DNA from: Fimbriimonadales bacterium
GTDB lineage: Bacteria > Armatimonadota > Fimbriimonadia > Fimbriimonadales > JABRVX01
Direction of reading: 5' to 3'
NCBI GenBank assembly: GCA_045862955.1
Contig: BTVI01000059.1
Span: 1 to 15,594 of the forward strand
Length of the DNA: 15,594 bases
The notes under the pieces were generated by a model. The model was not told the origin of the DNA. It ran no database searches and worked only from the letters and a program-made list of their open reading frames with translations. Below, piece after piece: positions 1 to 8,075 of this stretch (positions are counted from its first letter, which is position 1; every line of letters starts with the position of its first letter). A program made the position numbers and the translations under genes.

Positions 1-79
1 CGACAACACGGGCTGTGGTGTCACCGACCTGCCCGACATGAAGGTGGTTCTGCTTAAGTTCGGCATGGTGGGCAGCTAG
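1..79 (+). CDS. 3' end of a gene running in from the left; C-terminus resembles a dockerin-like/EF-hand tail
   Basis: Frame from nt 2 reads DNTGCGVTDLPDMKVVLLKFGMVGS* (TAG 77-79), resembling the G-x-x-D-L-x-D-x-x-x-V-L-x-x-F-G tails of secreted proteins; convergent with hspR across a hairpin. Confidence 0.45.
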   Translation, partial: DNTGCGVTDLPDMKVVLLKFGMVGS

Positions 80-103
80 ACCCGGGCACCGATACGCAAA
101 CGA

Positions 104-137
104 GGGGGGGGGGGGGCGCCTCGGCGCCCCGCCCGCT
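104..137. terminator. GC-rich hairpin between convergent genes, putative bidirectional terminator
   Basis: GGGGCGCC(113-120)-TC-GGCGCCCC(123-130); left arm is embedded in a G13 run (104-116); no clear U-tract. Confidence 0.5.
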
Positions 138-155
138 ACTAAATGCTCGTAGTAG

Positions 156-545
156 CTACACGTCCACGTGCCGCCGAAAGCGCGTGATCGTTACACGCTC
201 TGCCGGCACGGGTGCCTGACTGTCCTTCATCAGCTCCGCGATGCGCTTTTCCATCTCGTGCTGAAGCCTGGTTAGGTGCTCGTCGAAGTCGTTCTGCATT
301 TCCGCGATCTCGTCCAGCAGGCGCAGAATCACCTCGACCCCCGCAAGGTTCACCCCCATGTCTTGCGTAAGGCGCTGTATGCGGCGCACACGCTCGAGGT
401 CGGCCTCGCTGTACATGCGGTTCTTGGCCCCCACGCGCTGCGGCTTGATGAGACCTAATCGCTCGTACATGCGCAGCGTCTGCGGATGACAGCCACACAG
501 TCTCGCTACCACACCGATCGGGTACAGCGGTTCGTCGCGTGTCAT
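156..545 (-). CDS. hspR: Heat-shock transcriptional repressor HspR (MerR family)
   Basis: N-terminal MerR HTH '[34 protein letters not shown]...RMYSEADL...[16 protein letters not shown]'; last gene of the dnaK operon; start overlaps the dnaJ stop (ATGA). Confidence 0.88.
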   Translation of the reverse strand: MTRDEPLYPIGVVARLCGCHPQTLRMYERLGLIKPQRVGAKNRMYSEADLERVRRIQRLTQDMGVNLAGVEVILRLLDEIAEMQNDFDEHLTRLQHEMEKRIAELMKDSQAPVPAERVTITRFRRHVDV

Positions 546-1591
546 TGCTCCCCCAACTCCGCTAACTGAGTGAATAGCTCTCGCTGCTTCGCCGAGAGCC
601 TCTTCGGAAGCGTCACCTTCGCCGTAGCGTAGAGGTCACCCCGTCCCTGTCCGCGCAGCCGAGGCATGCCTTCGCCGCGCAGTCGGAATTTCTGCCCACA
701 CTGCGTTCCGGCCGGCATGGTCATCTTCACCTTGCCGTGCATGGTAGGAACCTGCACCTCTCCCCCGAGAGCCGCGGTCGTAAAGTACACGGGCACTTCT
801 ACGTGAAGGTCGTCTCCCTCTCGTCGAAACCTATCGTGTGGCCGTACCCGCACCACCACGTAGAGGTCTCCCTTGCGACCGGAGCTGCCCGCCACGCCCT
901 GACCAGCGACCCGCACCTTCTGCCCGTCGGCTACACCCGCCGGTATCTTGACGGTCACCTTCCGGCGGCCGGGTGTGGCACCCCGCCCCTTGCACTCGGA
1001 GCACACCTCTCGATCGGTCTGTCCCGTGCCACCGCACTCCGGACAAGCCGACTGCATACCAAAGAACCCGCCGATTGCCCCGCGCCCACCGCAGGTGGAG
1101 CAGGTTCGCCGCTTGCCTCCTGCTCTGGAGCCCGTGCCGCCACAGCCGGCGCACGGCTCGTCGAGTTGCAAAGTGATAGTCTTCGTGACACCAGCGTAGG
1201 CCTCTTCCAAGGTGATCTCGGATTCGTACTGGATGTCTTGTGGTGGACGTACCGTGGTAGTAGGGCCAGCCTGGCCGCGCATAAACTGCGAGAAGATGTC
1301 ACCCAAATCGCCGAAGCGGAATCCACCTAGATCGAAATCTTGGAATCGTTCACCTGCTTGCTGGGCCTGCTCGAAGTTGGCGCCGTACCTGTCATACATC
1401 TTCCGCTTCTGCGGGTCGGAAAGTACCTCGTACGCGGCGCTTACTTCCTTGAACTTCTCCTCGGCATCTTTGTTCCCTGGGTTGACATCTGGGTGGAACT
1501 GCCGGGCCTTCTTGCGATATGCCGCCTTAATCTCTTTGTCGGTAGCGTTTCGCGGCACGCCGAGAACGGCGTAATAGTCCTTGCCTGGCAT
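542..1591 (-). CDS. dnaJ: Molecular chaperone DnaJ (Hsp40, with zinc fingers)
   Basis: J domain 'KDYYAVLGV...HPD', G/F-rich linker, four CxxCxGxG repeats ([32 protein letters not shown]), C-terminal 'GDLYV...RLRGEGMP...GDLY'. Confidence 0.95.
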   Translation of the reverse strand: MPGKDYYAVLGVPRNATDKEIKAAYRKKARQFHPDVNPGNKDAEEKFKEVSAAYEVLSDPQKRKMYDRYGANFEQAQQAGERFQDFDLGGFRFGDLGDIFSQFMRGQAGPTTTVRPPQDIQYESEITLEEAYAGVTKTITLQLDEPCAGCGGTGSRAGGKRRTCSTCGGRGAIGGFFGMQSACPECGGTGQTDREVCSECKGRGATPGRRKVTVKIPAGVADGQKVRVAGQGVAGSSGRKGDLYVVVRVRPHDRFRREGDDLHVEVPVYFTTAALGGEVQVPTMHGKVKMTMPAGTQCGQKFRLRGEGMPRLRGQGRGDLYATAKVTLPKRLSAKQRELFTQLAELGEQ

Positions 1592-1608
1592 GTTCCACCC
1601 CCTTCGAA

Positions 1609-1640
1609 CCCGGGGGTGCGGGCCTCACCCGCACCCCGGG
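1609..1640. terminator. Strong intra-operon hairpin between hsp20 and dnaJ (attenuator or mRNA stabiliser)
   Basis: CCCGGGGGTGCGGG-CCTCA-CCCGCACCCCGGG, ~13-bp stem with one bulge, just downstream of the hsp20 stop. Confidence 0.55.
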
Positions 1641-1657
1641 CTAGTATGTCTCAGGGT

Positions 1658-2104
1658 CTAGCTGACGTTGACCTGAACCTTCTTCGGACGTACGCTGGGC
1701 GACTTCGGTAGTGTTACCGTGAGGACGCCGTCCTTGTAGGAGGCTTCCACCTTGTCCGCCTCGATCGGCACTCCCAGCATGAACGACCGAGAGAAGCTGC
1801 CGTAGGCTCGCTCGACGCGGATGTAGTTGTCCTTCTCCGTCGTCTGCTCGAACTCACGCTTGCCCTTGATCGTCAAGGTCTCACCCGCCATCTGAATGTC
1901 GATGTCCTCCATCTTGATGCCGGGCAACTCGGCCGTCAGGATCAACTCGGACTCGGTCTCCTTGATGTCCACGGGCGGAGCCCATGCAGACGCTCCCGCA
2001 GAGACCTCGCCCCAAGCCGGAGCGTTCAGCTCATCGAACAGCCTTCGAACCATGCGATCGAAGCGCGCAAACGGAGTACCAGGGTCTAGTCTCGACAGTG
2101 TCAT
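1658..2104 (-). CDS. Small heat-shock protein, Hsp20/alpha-crystallin family
   Basis: 'WAPPVDIKET...AELPG...DIDI...LTIKGKR...ERAYGSFSRSF...ASYKDGVLTVTLPK'; strong SD (AGGAGG) upstream. Confidence 0.95.
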   Translation of the reverse strand: MTLSRLDPGTPFARFDRMVRRLFDELNAPAWGEVSAGASAWAPPVDIKETESELILTAELPGIKMEDIDIQMAGETLTIKGKREFEQTTEKDNYIRVERAYGSFSRSFMLGVPIEADKVEASYKDGVLTVTLPKSPSVRPKKVQVNVS

Positions 2105-2138
2105 TGTTACGACTCCTCCTTCCTGTTAGTGTGTGTTC

Positions 2139-4061
2139 CTATTCGGCCTTGAACTCTGCGTCTATCACGTCTTCGTCGCTGTCGGAGCCCTGAGCACCGG
2201 TGGCAGCTCCAACCCGCTCCTCCTCAGCAGACGGAGCAGCCTGTTGCGTCGCGCTGCCAGCCCGCTCGTACACTTGCTTCGACAGCTTGTAAAACTCTTG
2301 CTCTAGCTCGTTGTGGAGCCGATTCACCTCCTCGAGCTTCTGCTCCGAAACGGCCTTCCGCAACGATGCTACGAGGTCGTTGACGGTTGCCTTGTCCGCC
2401 TCCGATAGCTGGTCACCCAGGTCGGCCAAGGTCTTCTCGACGCTGTAGCACAGCTGGTCGGCCTTGTTGAAGGTCTCGGCCCGCTCACGGAACTCGCGAT
2501 CTTGCTCTTTCAAGCTCTCGGCCTCCGCGATCATCCGCTCGATCTCCTCCTTGCTAAGGCTGCCCGAGCCGGTGATCGTAATGGCCTGCTGCCGGTTGGT
2601 GGCAAGATCCCTCGCGCTCACGTTCAGGATGCCGTTGGCATCTATGTCGAACGTGACCTCGATCTGCGGAACCCTCGCAGGCGCGGGCGGAATGCCGGTC
2701 AGGTGGAACTTGCCGAGCGACTTGTTTGCGCTCGCGCGGCTTCGCTCGCCCTGAAGGATGTGGATCTCGACTTCGGTCTGTCCGTCCTTGGCCGTCGTGT
2801 AAGTCCGCTGCTTCTTCGTCGGGATGGTGGTGTTCCGCTCGATCAGCACGTCCATCACGTCGCCGAGCGTCTCCACACCGAGCGACAGCGGTGTGACGTC
2901 GAGCAGGACGATCCCCTTCACCTCACCTGCGAGAACGCCGGCCTGAATAGCAGCGCCGACGGCAACTACCTCGTCCGGATTGACACCGCGGTTCGGCTCC
3001 TTGCCGCAGAGGGTCTTGACCAACTCTTGCACCATCGGCATGCGGGTCGAACCACCAACCAACAGCACCTCGTCGATGTCCTGCGGCTTGAGCTTCGCGT
3101 CTTCCAGCGCTTGGTGGAAAGGCTTCTTCACCCTCTCTAGCAGGTCGGTGCACAGCCCTTCGAACTGCGCGCGGGTGATGGTAATGTCGAGGTGCTTCGG
3201 CTGGTTATCCACCGCAGTGATGTAGGGCAGGTTGATGTTGGTCGTGACCTGGCTCGACAACTCGATCTTCGCCTTCTCTGCCGCCTCGCGCACGCGCTGG
3301 AGGGCGTCGGGCTGCTTCATCAAGTCCACGCCGGTGTCTTTCTTGAACTCCTTCACCACGTACTGCACGATGCGGTCATCGAAGTCGTCTCCTCCCAAAT
3401 GCGTGTCACCGCTGGTGGCCTTCACCTCGAACACGCCCTCGCCCACATCCAGGATGCTGACGTCGAAGGTGCCACCTCCGAGGTCGAACACCAGCACGGT
3501 CTCGTTCTTCTTCTTGTCGAGGCCGTACGCGAGGGACGCAGCGGTGGGCTCATTGATGATGCGAAGCACATTCAGCCCGGCAACTTCGCCGGCCTGCTTG
3601 GTCGCCGTTCGCTGCGCGTCGTTGAAGTAGGCAGGTACGGTGATCACCGCATCCGTTACCGGCTCGCCCAGGTAGGCCTCGGCGTCCGCCTTCAGCTTGC
3701 CGAGAACCATCGCGCCGATCTCTACCGGCGTGAAGTCCTTGTTCACCGCGGGAATGTGAAAAGTGACCATCCCGTTCTTGTCTGGCTTCACCTTGAAGGG
3801 AACGAGCTTGATCTCCTCGCTGACCTCGTCGAACCGGCGGCCGATGAAGCGCTTCGCGGAATAAACCGTGTTCTCGGAGTTGACGACCACTTGCCGCTTG
3901 GCGGTGATGCCCACCAACCGCTCGCCGTTCTTCTTGAAGCCGACGACGGAAGGGACCAGTCGCCCACCCTCCGCGGTACTGATGACGGTGGGTTCCCCGC
4001 CTTCCATAACGGCCACGACCGAGTTCGTCGTGCCCAAGTCTATGCCAACTGCTTTGCCCAT
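2139..4061 (-). CDS. dnaK: Molecular chaperone DnaK (Hsp70), 640 aa
   Basis: '[14 protein letters not shown]', '[12 protein letters not shown]', 'INEPTAA', '[10 protein letters not shown]', '[10 protein letters not shown]', C-terminal 'DVIDAEF'; start placed at ATG 4061 because SD GGAGGT lies at 4072-4077, rather than at the ORF-track start 4130. Confidence 0.98.
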   Translation of the reverse strand: MGKAVGIDLGTTNSVVAVMEGGEPTVISTAEGGRLVPSVVGFKKNGERLVGITAKRQVVVNSENTVYSAKRFIGRRFDEVSEEIKLVPFKVKPDKNGMVTFHIPAVNKDFTPVEIGAMVLGKLKADAEAYLGEPVTDAVITVPAYFNDAQRTATKQAGEVAGLNVLRIINEPTAASLAYGLDKKKNETVLVFDLGGGTFDVSILDVGEGVFEVKATSGDTHLGGDDFDDRIVQYVVKEFKKDTGVDLMKQPDALQRVREAAEKAKIELSSQVTTNINLPYITAVDNQPKHLDITITRAQFEGLCTDLLERVKKPFHQALEDAKLKPQDIDEVLLVGGSTRMPMVQELVKTLCGKEPNRGVNPDEVVAVGAAIQAGVLAGEVKGIVLLDVTPLSLGVETLGDVMDVLIERNTTIPTKKQRTYTTAKDGQTEVEIHILQGERSRASANKSLGKFHLTGIPPAPARVPQIEVTFDIDANGILNVSARDLATNRQQAITITGSGSLSKEEIERMIAEAESLKEQDREFRERAETFNKADQLCYSVEKTLADLGDQLSEADKATVNDLVASLRKAVSEQKLEEVNRLHNELEQEFYKLSKQVYERAGSATQQAAPSAEEERVGAATGAQGSDSDEDVIDAEFKAE

Positions 4062-4120
4062 ATTTCGCAAAACCTCCGAACGCGTAGCCTTGCTTCTCGC
4101 GTCTACTTCCTGATACGCAG

Positions 4121-4149
4121 ATGGTGCCACTTGAGTGCCTTATTGTCAA
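4121..4149 (-). promoter_or_regulatory. Putative sigma70-type promoter of the dnaK operon
   Basis: Minus strand TTGACA (4149-4144), 17-nt spacer ending in TGG, then CACCAT (4126-4121) as an extended -10-like element. Confidence 0.6.
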
Positions 4150-4152
4150 GTG
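4128..4152. promoter_or_regulatory. HAIR-like HspR operator
   Basis: CTTGAGT(4130-4136)-N7-TGTCAAG(4144-4150) versus HAIR consensus CTTGAGT-N7-ACTCAAG (12/14 match); perfect outer dyad CACTTGA/TCAAGTG; upstream of an hspR-containing operon. Confidence 0.8.
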
Positions 4153-4521
4153 TTTTGCGTCTTGGATTGAGACCTTCGACCATAAACAGGTACAAATACC
4201 TGCCCAGCCGACTGCTAACCTGACGAACCGCGAGGTCCGGACGCATCGCCCCTGCCGGCTCAGCGAGGAGACAGAGGAGTCTCCAGAGTCGACTTGAAGG
4301 CCGGTGTGCCGTGCATGACGGTCCGCGCAAAACTGCAGCAGTGGCGCGCACTGCCCAGACTGCGTAACGATGCGCGGACGGGACCTCGCGCGCCAGGCGC
4401 ACGGCTGCGCGAGGCACTCAAAAAAGTCATCGCAATAACGGGGCCGCCAATGCTCGCACATGATGGCAGCATGGCGCACTAGCAGCAGGACGGTGCAGTT
4501 CGCAAGGGAATCACTCGCCCG

Positions 4522-5484
4522 ATGGACACCAGTGTGCAACAGGTTGCGGAATCGGTAGACCGCCTTCGTGGCGAACTCAGCAAAGCGATCGTCGGGCAGG
4601 CAGAAGTCGTAGACCAACTGCTTATAGCTCTTCTGGCTGATGGGCACGTGCTGCTCGAGGGAGTGCCCGGAGTCGCCAAGACACTCGCGGTGAGGGCTCT
4701 CGCGCTCGCGTGCGACTTGCCCTTCAAGCGCATACAGTTCACGCCGGACCTGATGCCGTCCGACATTACCGGAACCTCCGTGTACGTGGCTTCCACCGGT
4801 GCGTTCGAACTGCGGCTCGGCCCTGTTTTCACGAGCGTATTGCTGGCAGACGAGATCAACCGCACGCCCCCGAAGACGCAGGCAGCGCTCCTAGAAGCCA
4901 TGGAGGAGCGCAGAGTGACCTTCGAGGGCTCGACGCAGAGCCTTCCCGACCCGTTCATCGTATTCGCCACGCAGAACCCTATCGAGTACGAGGGAACCTA
5001 TCCGCTGCCCGAGGCGCAGCTCGACCGCTTTCTGCTGAAGGTGCTGGTGGACTATCCCGACGAGTCGGCGGAGCTACAGGTGCTAGAGTTGCACCACCGA
5101 GGCTTCCGGCCAGCGAGACTGGAGGAAGCAGGAATCGCGCCCGTGGTAACTCCGCTCGAGCTCTCCACGCTGCGAGCAGCCGTAGCCAGTGTTCAGATAA
5201 CTCCCGAGGTGCTGCGTTATATCGGCGCACTGGTACGGAAGACACGGAGTGCCGAGCATCTCGTGCTAGGCGGCTCCCCCCGCGCCGGCGTCGCACTGCT
5301 AGCCAGTTCGAAGGCAGCAGCAGCGCTTCACGGCCGCGATTATGTAACTCCGGACGACGTGATGTCGGTATACCTTCCGGCGATGAGACACCGGATACTG
5401 CTGCGTCCGGAGGCCGAGATCGAAGGTCTGAGGCCGGACGATGTGCTGGCGAACCTGGCTCGACAGGTGCCCGTTCCGCGCTAG
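4522..5484 (+). CDS. MoxR family AAA+ ATPase
   Basis: 'GHVLLEGVPGVAKT' Walker A, 'RIQFTPDLMPSDITG', 'LLADEINRTPPKTQAALLEAMEE', 'ATQNPIEYEGTYPLPEAQLDRF'. Confidence 0.95.
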   Translation: MDTSVQQVAESVDRLRGELSKAIVGQAEVVDQLLIALLADGHVLLEGVPGVAKTLAVRALALACDLPFKRIQFTPDLMPSDITGTSVYVASTGAFELRLGPVFTSVLLADEINRTPPKTQAALLEAMEERRVTFEGSTQSLPDPFIVFATQNPIEYEGTYPLPEAQLDRFLLKVLVDYPDESAELQVLELHHRGFRPARLEEAGIAPVVTPLELSTLRAAVASVQITPEVLRYIGALVRKTRSAEHLVLGGSPRAGVALLASSKAAAALHGRDYVTPDDVMSVYLPAMRHRILLRPEAEIEGLRPDDVLANLARQVPVPR

Positions 5485-5562
5485 GCAAAGTGGACAGCCC
5501 ATCGGCTTCTGTGCAAGAATCGCCGCACCCAGGGGCGCCTTGCGCCCGTTACCCCGATTGAG

Positions 5563-6618
5563 GTGAGAGTTTTGAGGATCATGGCGTCCCACATCGGATT
5601 GTGCCTGGCAGCCACCGTTGCGCTGGCATTCGGATTGGCCGCTACGAGTGATGCCCAGACGTCAAAGGGCAGGAAGGGAACCACCGCCACCAGCCAGCCC
5701 GCGAAGACCCCTTCGCAGCAAAGGCCCAATTGGTACAACATCCCGGAGGACCGCTTCGTCCCAGCATGGGCTCCCGACAAGCCTGTGGCAAAGGTAAACG
5801 GCGAAGCCATTACCGCGCGCGAAGTCACCACTTTCCTGTGGGACTGGCGCGCCGCCGACATCGTCAATACCCTGATGATTTTCAAGCTGATCGATCAGGA
5901 AGCGATCAGGCAGAACATCCGCGTGACGCGTGCCGACGTGCTGAAGAAGATGGATGAGACCCTGGCGGACCTGAAGCCGCTCGTGCCGGCTGGGCGAACG
6001 TTGGATCAGGAACTGCTGGCACGAAACACAGCATGGACGAGGCTCTACATTCAGATCCGCGCTACCATCCAGCTCGACCGCATCATCGAGCAGAGCCTGA
6101 AGCGCGAGGACCTTGTCTCCACGGCCCAGATCATCATCCGGGTGCCTGGCAACACGCCAGAGGAGCAGGAGAAGAACAAGGCGGCGACGCTCGAAGCCGC
6201 GCAGAAGGTCGTCGAGGAGATTCGCGGTGGGCTTTCCTGGGACGAGGCCGTCCAGAAGTACAGCGAGGACCCCTTCACGAAGGGTAAGGGCGGCGATCTC
6301 GGTTGGCGTTGGAGAGAGGAGCTAGACCCGAAGTTCGCAGAAGCCGTAATGGGCAAGAGCGTGGGCACGGTCACCGACCCGATCGAGACACCGAGCGGTT
6401 ATCAGATTGTTAAGCTGGTGAAGACCGGGGACCAGGCCACACCCGAGGAGTATAAGACCGCCGTCGAGCGCATCACCGAGATGAAGCGCGGCATGATCGT
6501 ACGCGAGCTCCAAGACAAGGCGAAGATGGAGAACTACCTCGTGCCGGTGGTTCCGCCGGGAGCGATGACTCCGCGCCAGCCGCAGCCCTCGCCGGAAGGC
6601 AACCGGCCACCGCGCTAG
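5563..6618 (+). CDS. Exported PpiC/parvulin-type peptidyl-prolyl isomerase (PrsA/SurA-like foldase)
   Basis: Hydrophobic signal segment, 'VAKVNGEAIT', rotamase motif 'WDEAVQKYSEDPFTKGKGGDLGW...DPKFAEAV...VTDPIETPSGYQIVKL'; start may instead be ATG 5581. Confidence 0.88.
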   Translation: MRVLRIMASHIGLCLAATVALAFGLAATSDAQTSKGRKGTTATSQPAKTPSQQRPNWYNIPEDRFVPAWAPDKPVAKVNGEAITAREVTTFLWDWRAADIVNTLMIFKLIDQEAIRQNIRVTRADVLKKMDETLADLKPLVPAGRTLDQELLARNTAWTRLYIQIRATIQLDRIIEQSLKREDLVSTAQIIIRVPGNTPEEQEKNKAATLEAAQKVVEEIRGGLSWDEAVQKYSEDPFTKGKGGDLGWRWREELDPKFAEAVMGKSVGTVTDPIETPSGYQIVKLVKTGDQATPEEYKTAVERITEMKRGMIVRELQDKAKMENYLVPVVPPGAMTPRQPQPSPEGNRPPR

Positions 6619-6641
6619 CCCGCAGTCAACAGATCGTTCAG

Positions 6642-6667
6642 GCAGGGGGCGCCCCAGCGCCCCCTGC
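6642..6667. terminator. Hairpin downstream of the PPIase gene
   Basis: Perfect 11-bp stem GCAGGGGGCGC-CCCA-GCGCCCCCTGC; no U-tract. Confidence 0.55.
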
Positions 6668-6757
6668 GTACGATTCTGATCGCCTGCGCCTCGGCAACCC
6701 GACCCGTGGCGCAAGGAAGAGCGTGTCTGGCGTCGAAACCCGCACGTGGAGGTCAAT

Positions 6758-7210
6758 TTGAAAGAGCCCACGTTCGAGGATCGTCCGGGCTTCACGCTAA
6801 TGGGCGTGGGGGAGCGCATCGTGCCGGACCAGGCCGACTGGAAGGCTCTCTGGGCAGCCTTCGAGAGCCGCATACACGACATCGCGCCCGTCGCGTTGGG
6901 AGAGGCCTGCTACGGAGCCTACTTCGATGCGGGAGAACCGAAGGCGAGCGACTTCTTGGCGGGCATGTCCGTGCCCGCCGGCACCGTCGCGAAGGAGGGG
7001 CTCACCGTTCGCGGGGTCCCGTCGGCGACATACGCGGTGTTCGAGTGCAGCATGGATGAGATTGGGCCGACCTGGCAGTGGGTCTTTGGTGAGTGGTTGC
7101 CAGGTTCTGGGTATCGGTACGCAGAAGGAAAGCCGTGTTTCGAGGAGTTCGCACCCGGCGTGATGGAAGGCACAGTGCCCGTGCGCATCTTCCTACCTGT
7201 GACAGGGTAG
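6758..7210 (+). CDS. GyrI-like small-molecule-binding (AraC effector-binding) protein
   Basis: 'EPTFEDRPGFTLMGV...ALWAAF...YGAYF...VPSATYAVF...IGPTWQWVFGEWLPGSGYRYAEGKPCFEEF...VRIFLPV'; TTG 6758 preferred because GGAGG lies at 6748-6752 (ORF track uses GTG 6746). Confidence 0.85.
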   Translation: MKEPTFEDRPGFTLMGVGERIVPDQADWKALWAAFESRIHDIAPVALGEACYGAYFDAGEPKASDFLAGMSVPAGTVAKEGLTVRGVPSATYAVFECSMDEIGPTWQWVFGEWLPGSGYRYAEGKPCFEEFAPGVMEGTVPVRIFLPVTG

Positions 7211-7289
7211 CAGGGAGAGTAGCAGCTGTAATATGCGGTTGCAGGGTGGAGCGCCCGATGGCTTGGCGCACTCATCGCATCGCTGCCTC

Positions 7290-7414
7290 GACCCGTTGTG
7301 CGAACGGACTGGTTAGCCCGCTGGGTGAATGGACTGGTTGACCCATTGGGTGAATGGGCTGGTTCACACGTTGGGTGAATGGATTGGTTGACCCGTTGGG
7401 TGAATGGACTGAAT
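7290..7414. repeat. Tandem repeat, 5 x 25 bp
   Basis: Units start at 7290, 7315, 7340, 7365, 7390; consensus GACCCGTTGGGTGAATGGACTGGTT; no spacers. Confidence 0.9.
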
Positions 7415-7433
7415 GATAGATCGTCATGTAGTT

Positions 7434-7539
7434 CGTCATGCTGAGCTTGTCGAAGCATGCCTCTGCATGCCGCGGGTTATCGTTCGGAGGCGCGAGCTTT
7501 CCGGTGTCCGGACCATGCTTCGACAGGCTCAGCATGACG
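7434..7539. repeat. CGTC-type REP doublet (REPIN/MITE-like), copy 1
   Basis: 26-bp inverted arms CGTCATGCTGAGCTTGTCGAAGCATG (7434-7459) and CATGCTTCGACAGGCTCAGCATGACG (7514-7539) around a 54-bp spacer. Confidence 0.85.
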
Positions 7540-7624
7540 TCAGGCTCAGGATGATGTCATGCTCAGTATGACGTCGGGTTCGGCGTGACGTGAGGCTCAG
7601 CATGACGTCGGGTTCAGCATGACG
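7540..7624. repeat. Tandem array, 5 x 17 bp, derived from the REP right end
   Basis: Consensus TCAGGCTCAGCATGACG matches the last 16 nt of the REP arm; units start at 7540, 7557, 7574, 7591, 7608. Confidence 0.9.
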
Positions 7625-7705
7625 ACTGCCGGTCAGTACCACGTCACGCAGACATCCATCGGCGCGTGCGGAGGATGGGTCAGTGAGCGTGCAGCCGTCC
7701 GAGCC

Positions 7706-7811
7706 CGTCATGCTGAGCTTGTCGAAGCATGCCTTTGCATGCCGCGGCTTATCATCCGGAGCCGCGAGCTTTCCGGTGTCCGGACCATGCTTCGACATGC
7801 TCAGCATGACG
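7706..7811. repeat. CGTC-type REP doublet, copy 2
   Basis: Same 106-bp length as copy 1, offset 272 bp; 5 substitutions in the spacer and 1 in the right arm. Confidence 0.85.
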
Positions 7812-7981
7812 TCAGGCTCAGGATGATGTCATGCTCAGTATGACGTCGGGTTCGGCGTGACGTGAGGCTCAGCATGACGTCAGGCTCAGGATGATGTCAT
7901 GCTCAGTATGACGTCGGGTTCGGCGTGACGTGAGGCTCAGCATGACGTCGGGGTCGGCGTGGCGTCAGGCTCAGTGTGACG
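7812..7981. repeat. Tandem array, 10 x 17 bp, with a 68-bp higher-order repeat
   Basis: Units every 17 bp from 7812; blocks 7812-7879 and 7880-7947 are identical to each other and to 7540-7607. Confidence 0.9.
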
Positions 7982-8075
7982 TCGCCAGTGACTCACCCTC
8001 GCGCAGTGGTGAGGGTGGCATCACCCAGCGCGGTAGGAAAGCGCAGGAGAAAACATACATGTTAGGAGGAACCAG

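Noticed and set aside
4062..4130. 23-aa N-terminal extension of DnaK from ATG 4130 given by the ORF track
   Set aside because: The conserved DnaK start and SD are at 4061, and the upstream start falls within the promoter/operator.
3192..4223. 343-aa ORF antisense to dnaK, plus other long overlapping ORFs such as 3550-4647
   Set aside because: Long antisense and alternative-frame ORFs over dnaK are a known consequence of codon bias in GC-rich genomes; no independent coding signal.
4200..4500. Short ORFs between dnaK and moxR
   Set aside because: No SD, recognisable domain or consistent codon bias; treated as intergenic.
6919..7843. ORFs across the repeat block (MLRQAQHD..., MLSLSKH...)
   Set aside because: These are translations of the REP arms; the same peptides recur at 15.2-15.4 kb.
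7290..7981. CRISPR array
   Set aside because: Units are contiguous 17- or 25-bp tandem copies without unique spacers, and there are no cas genes in the window.
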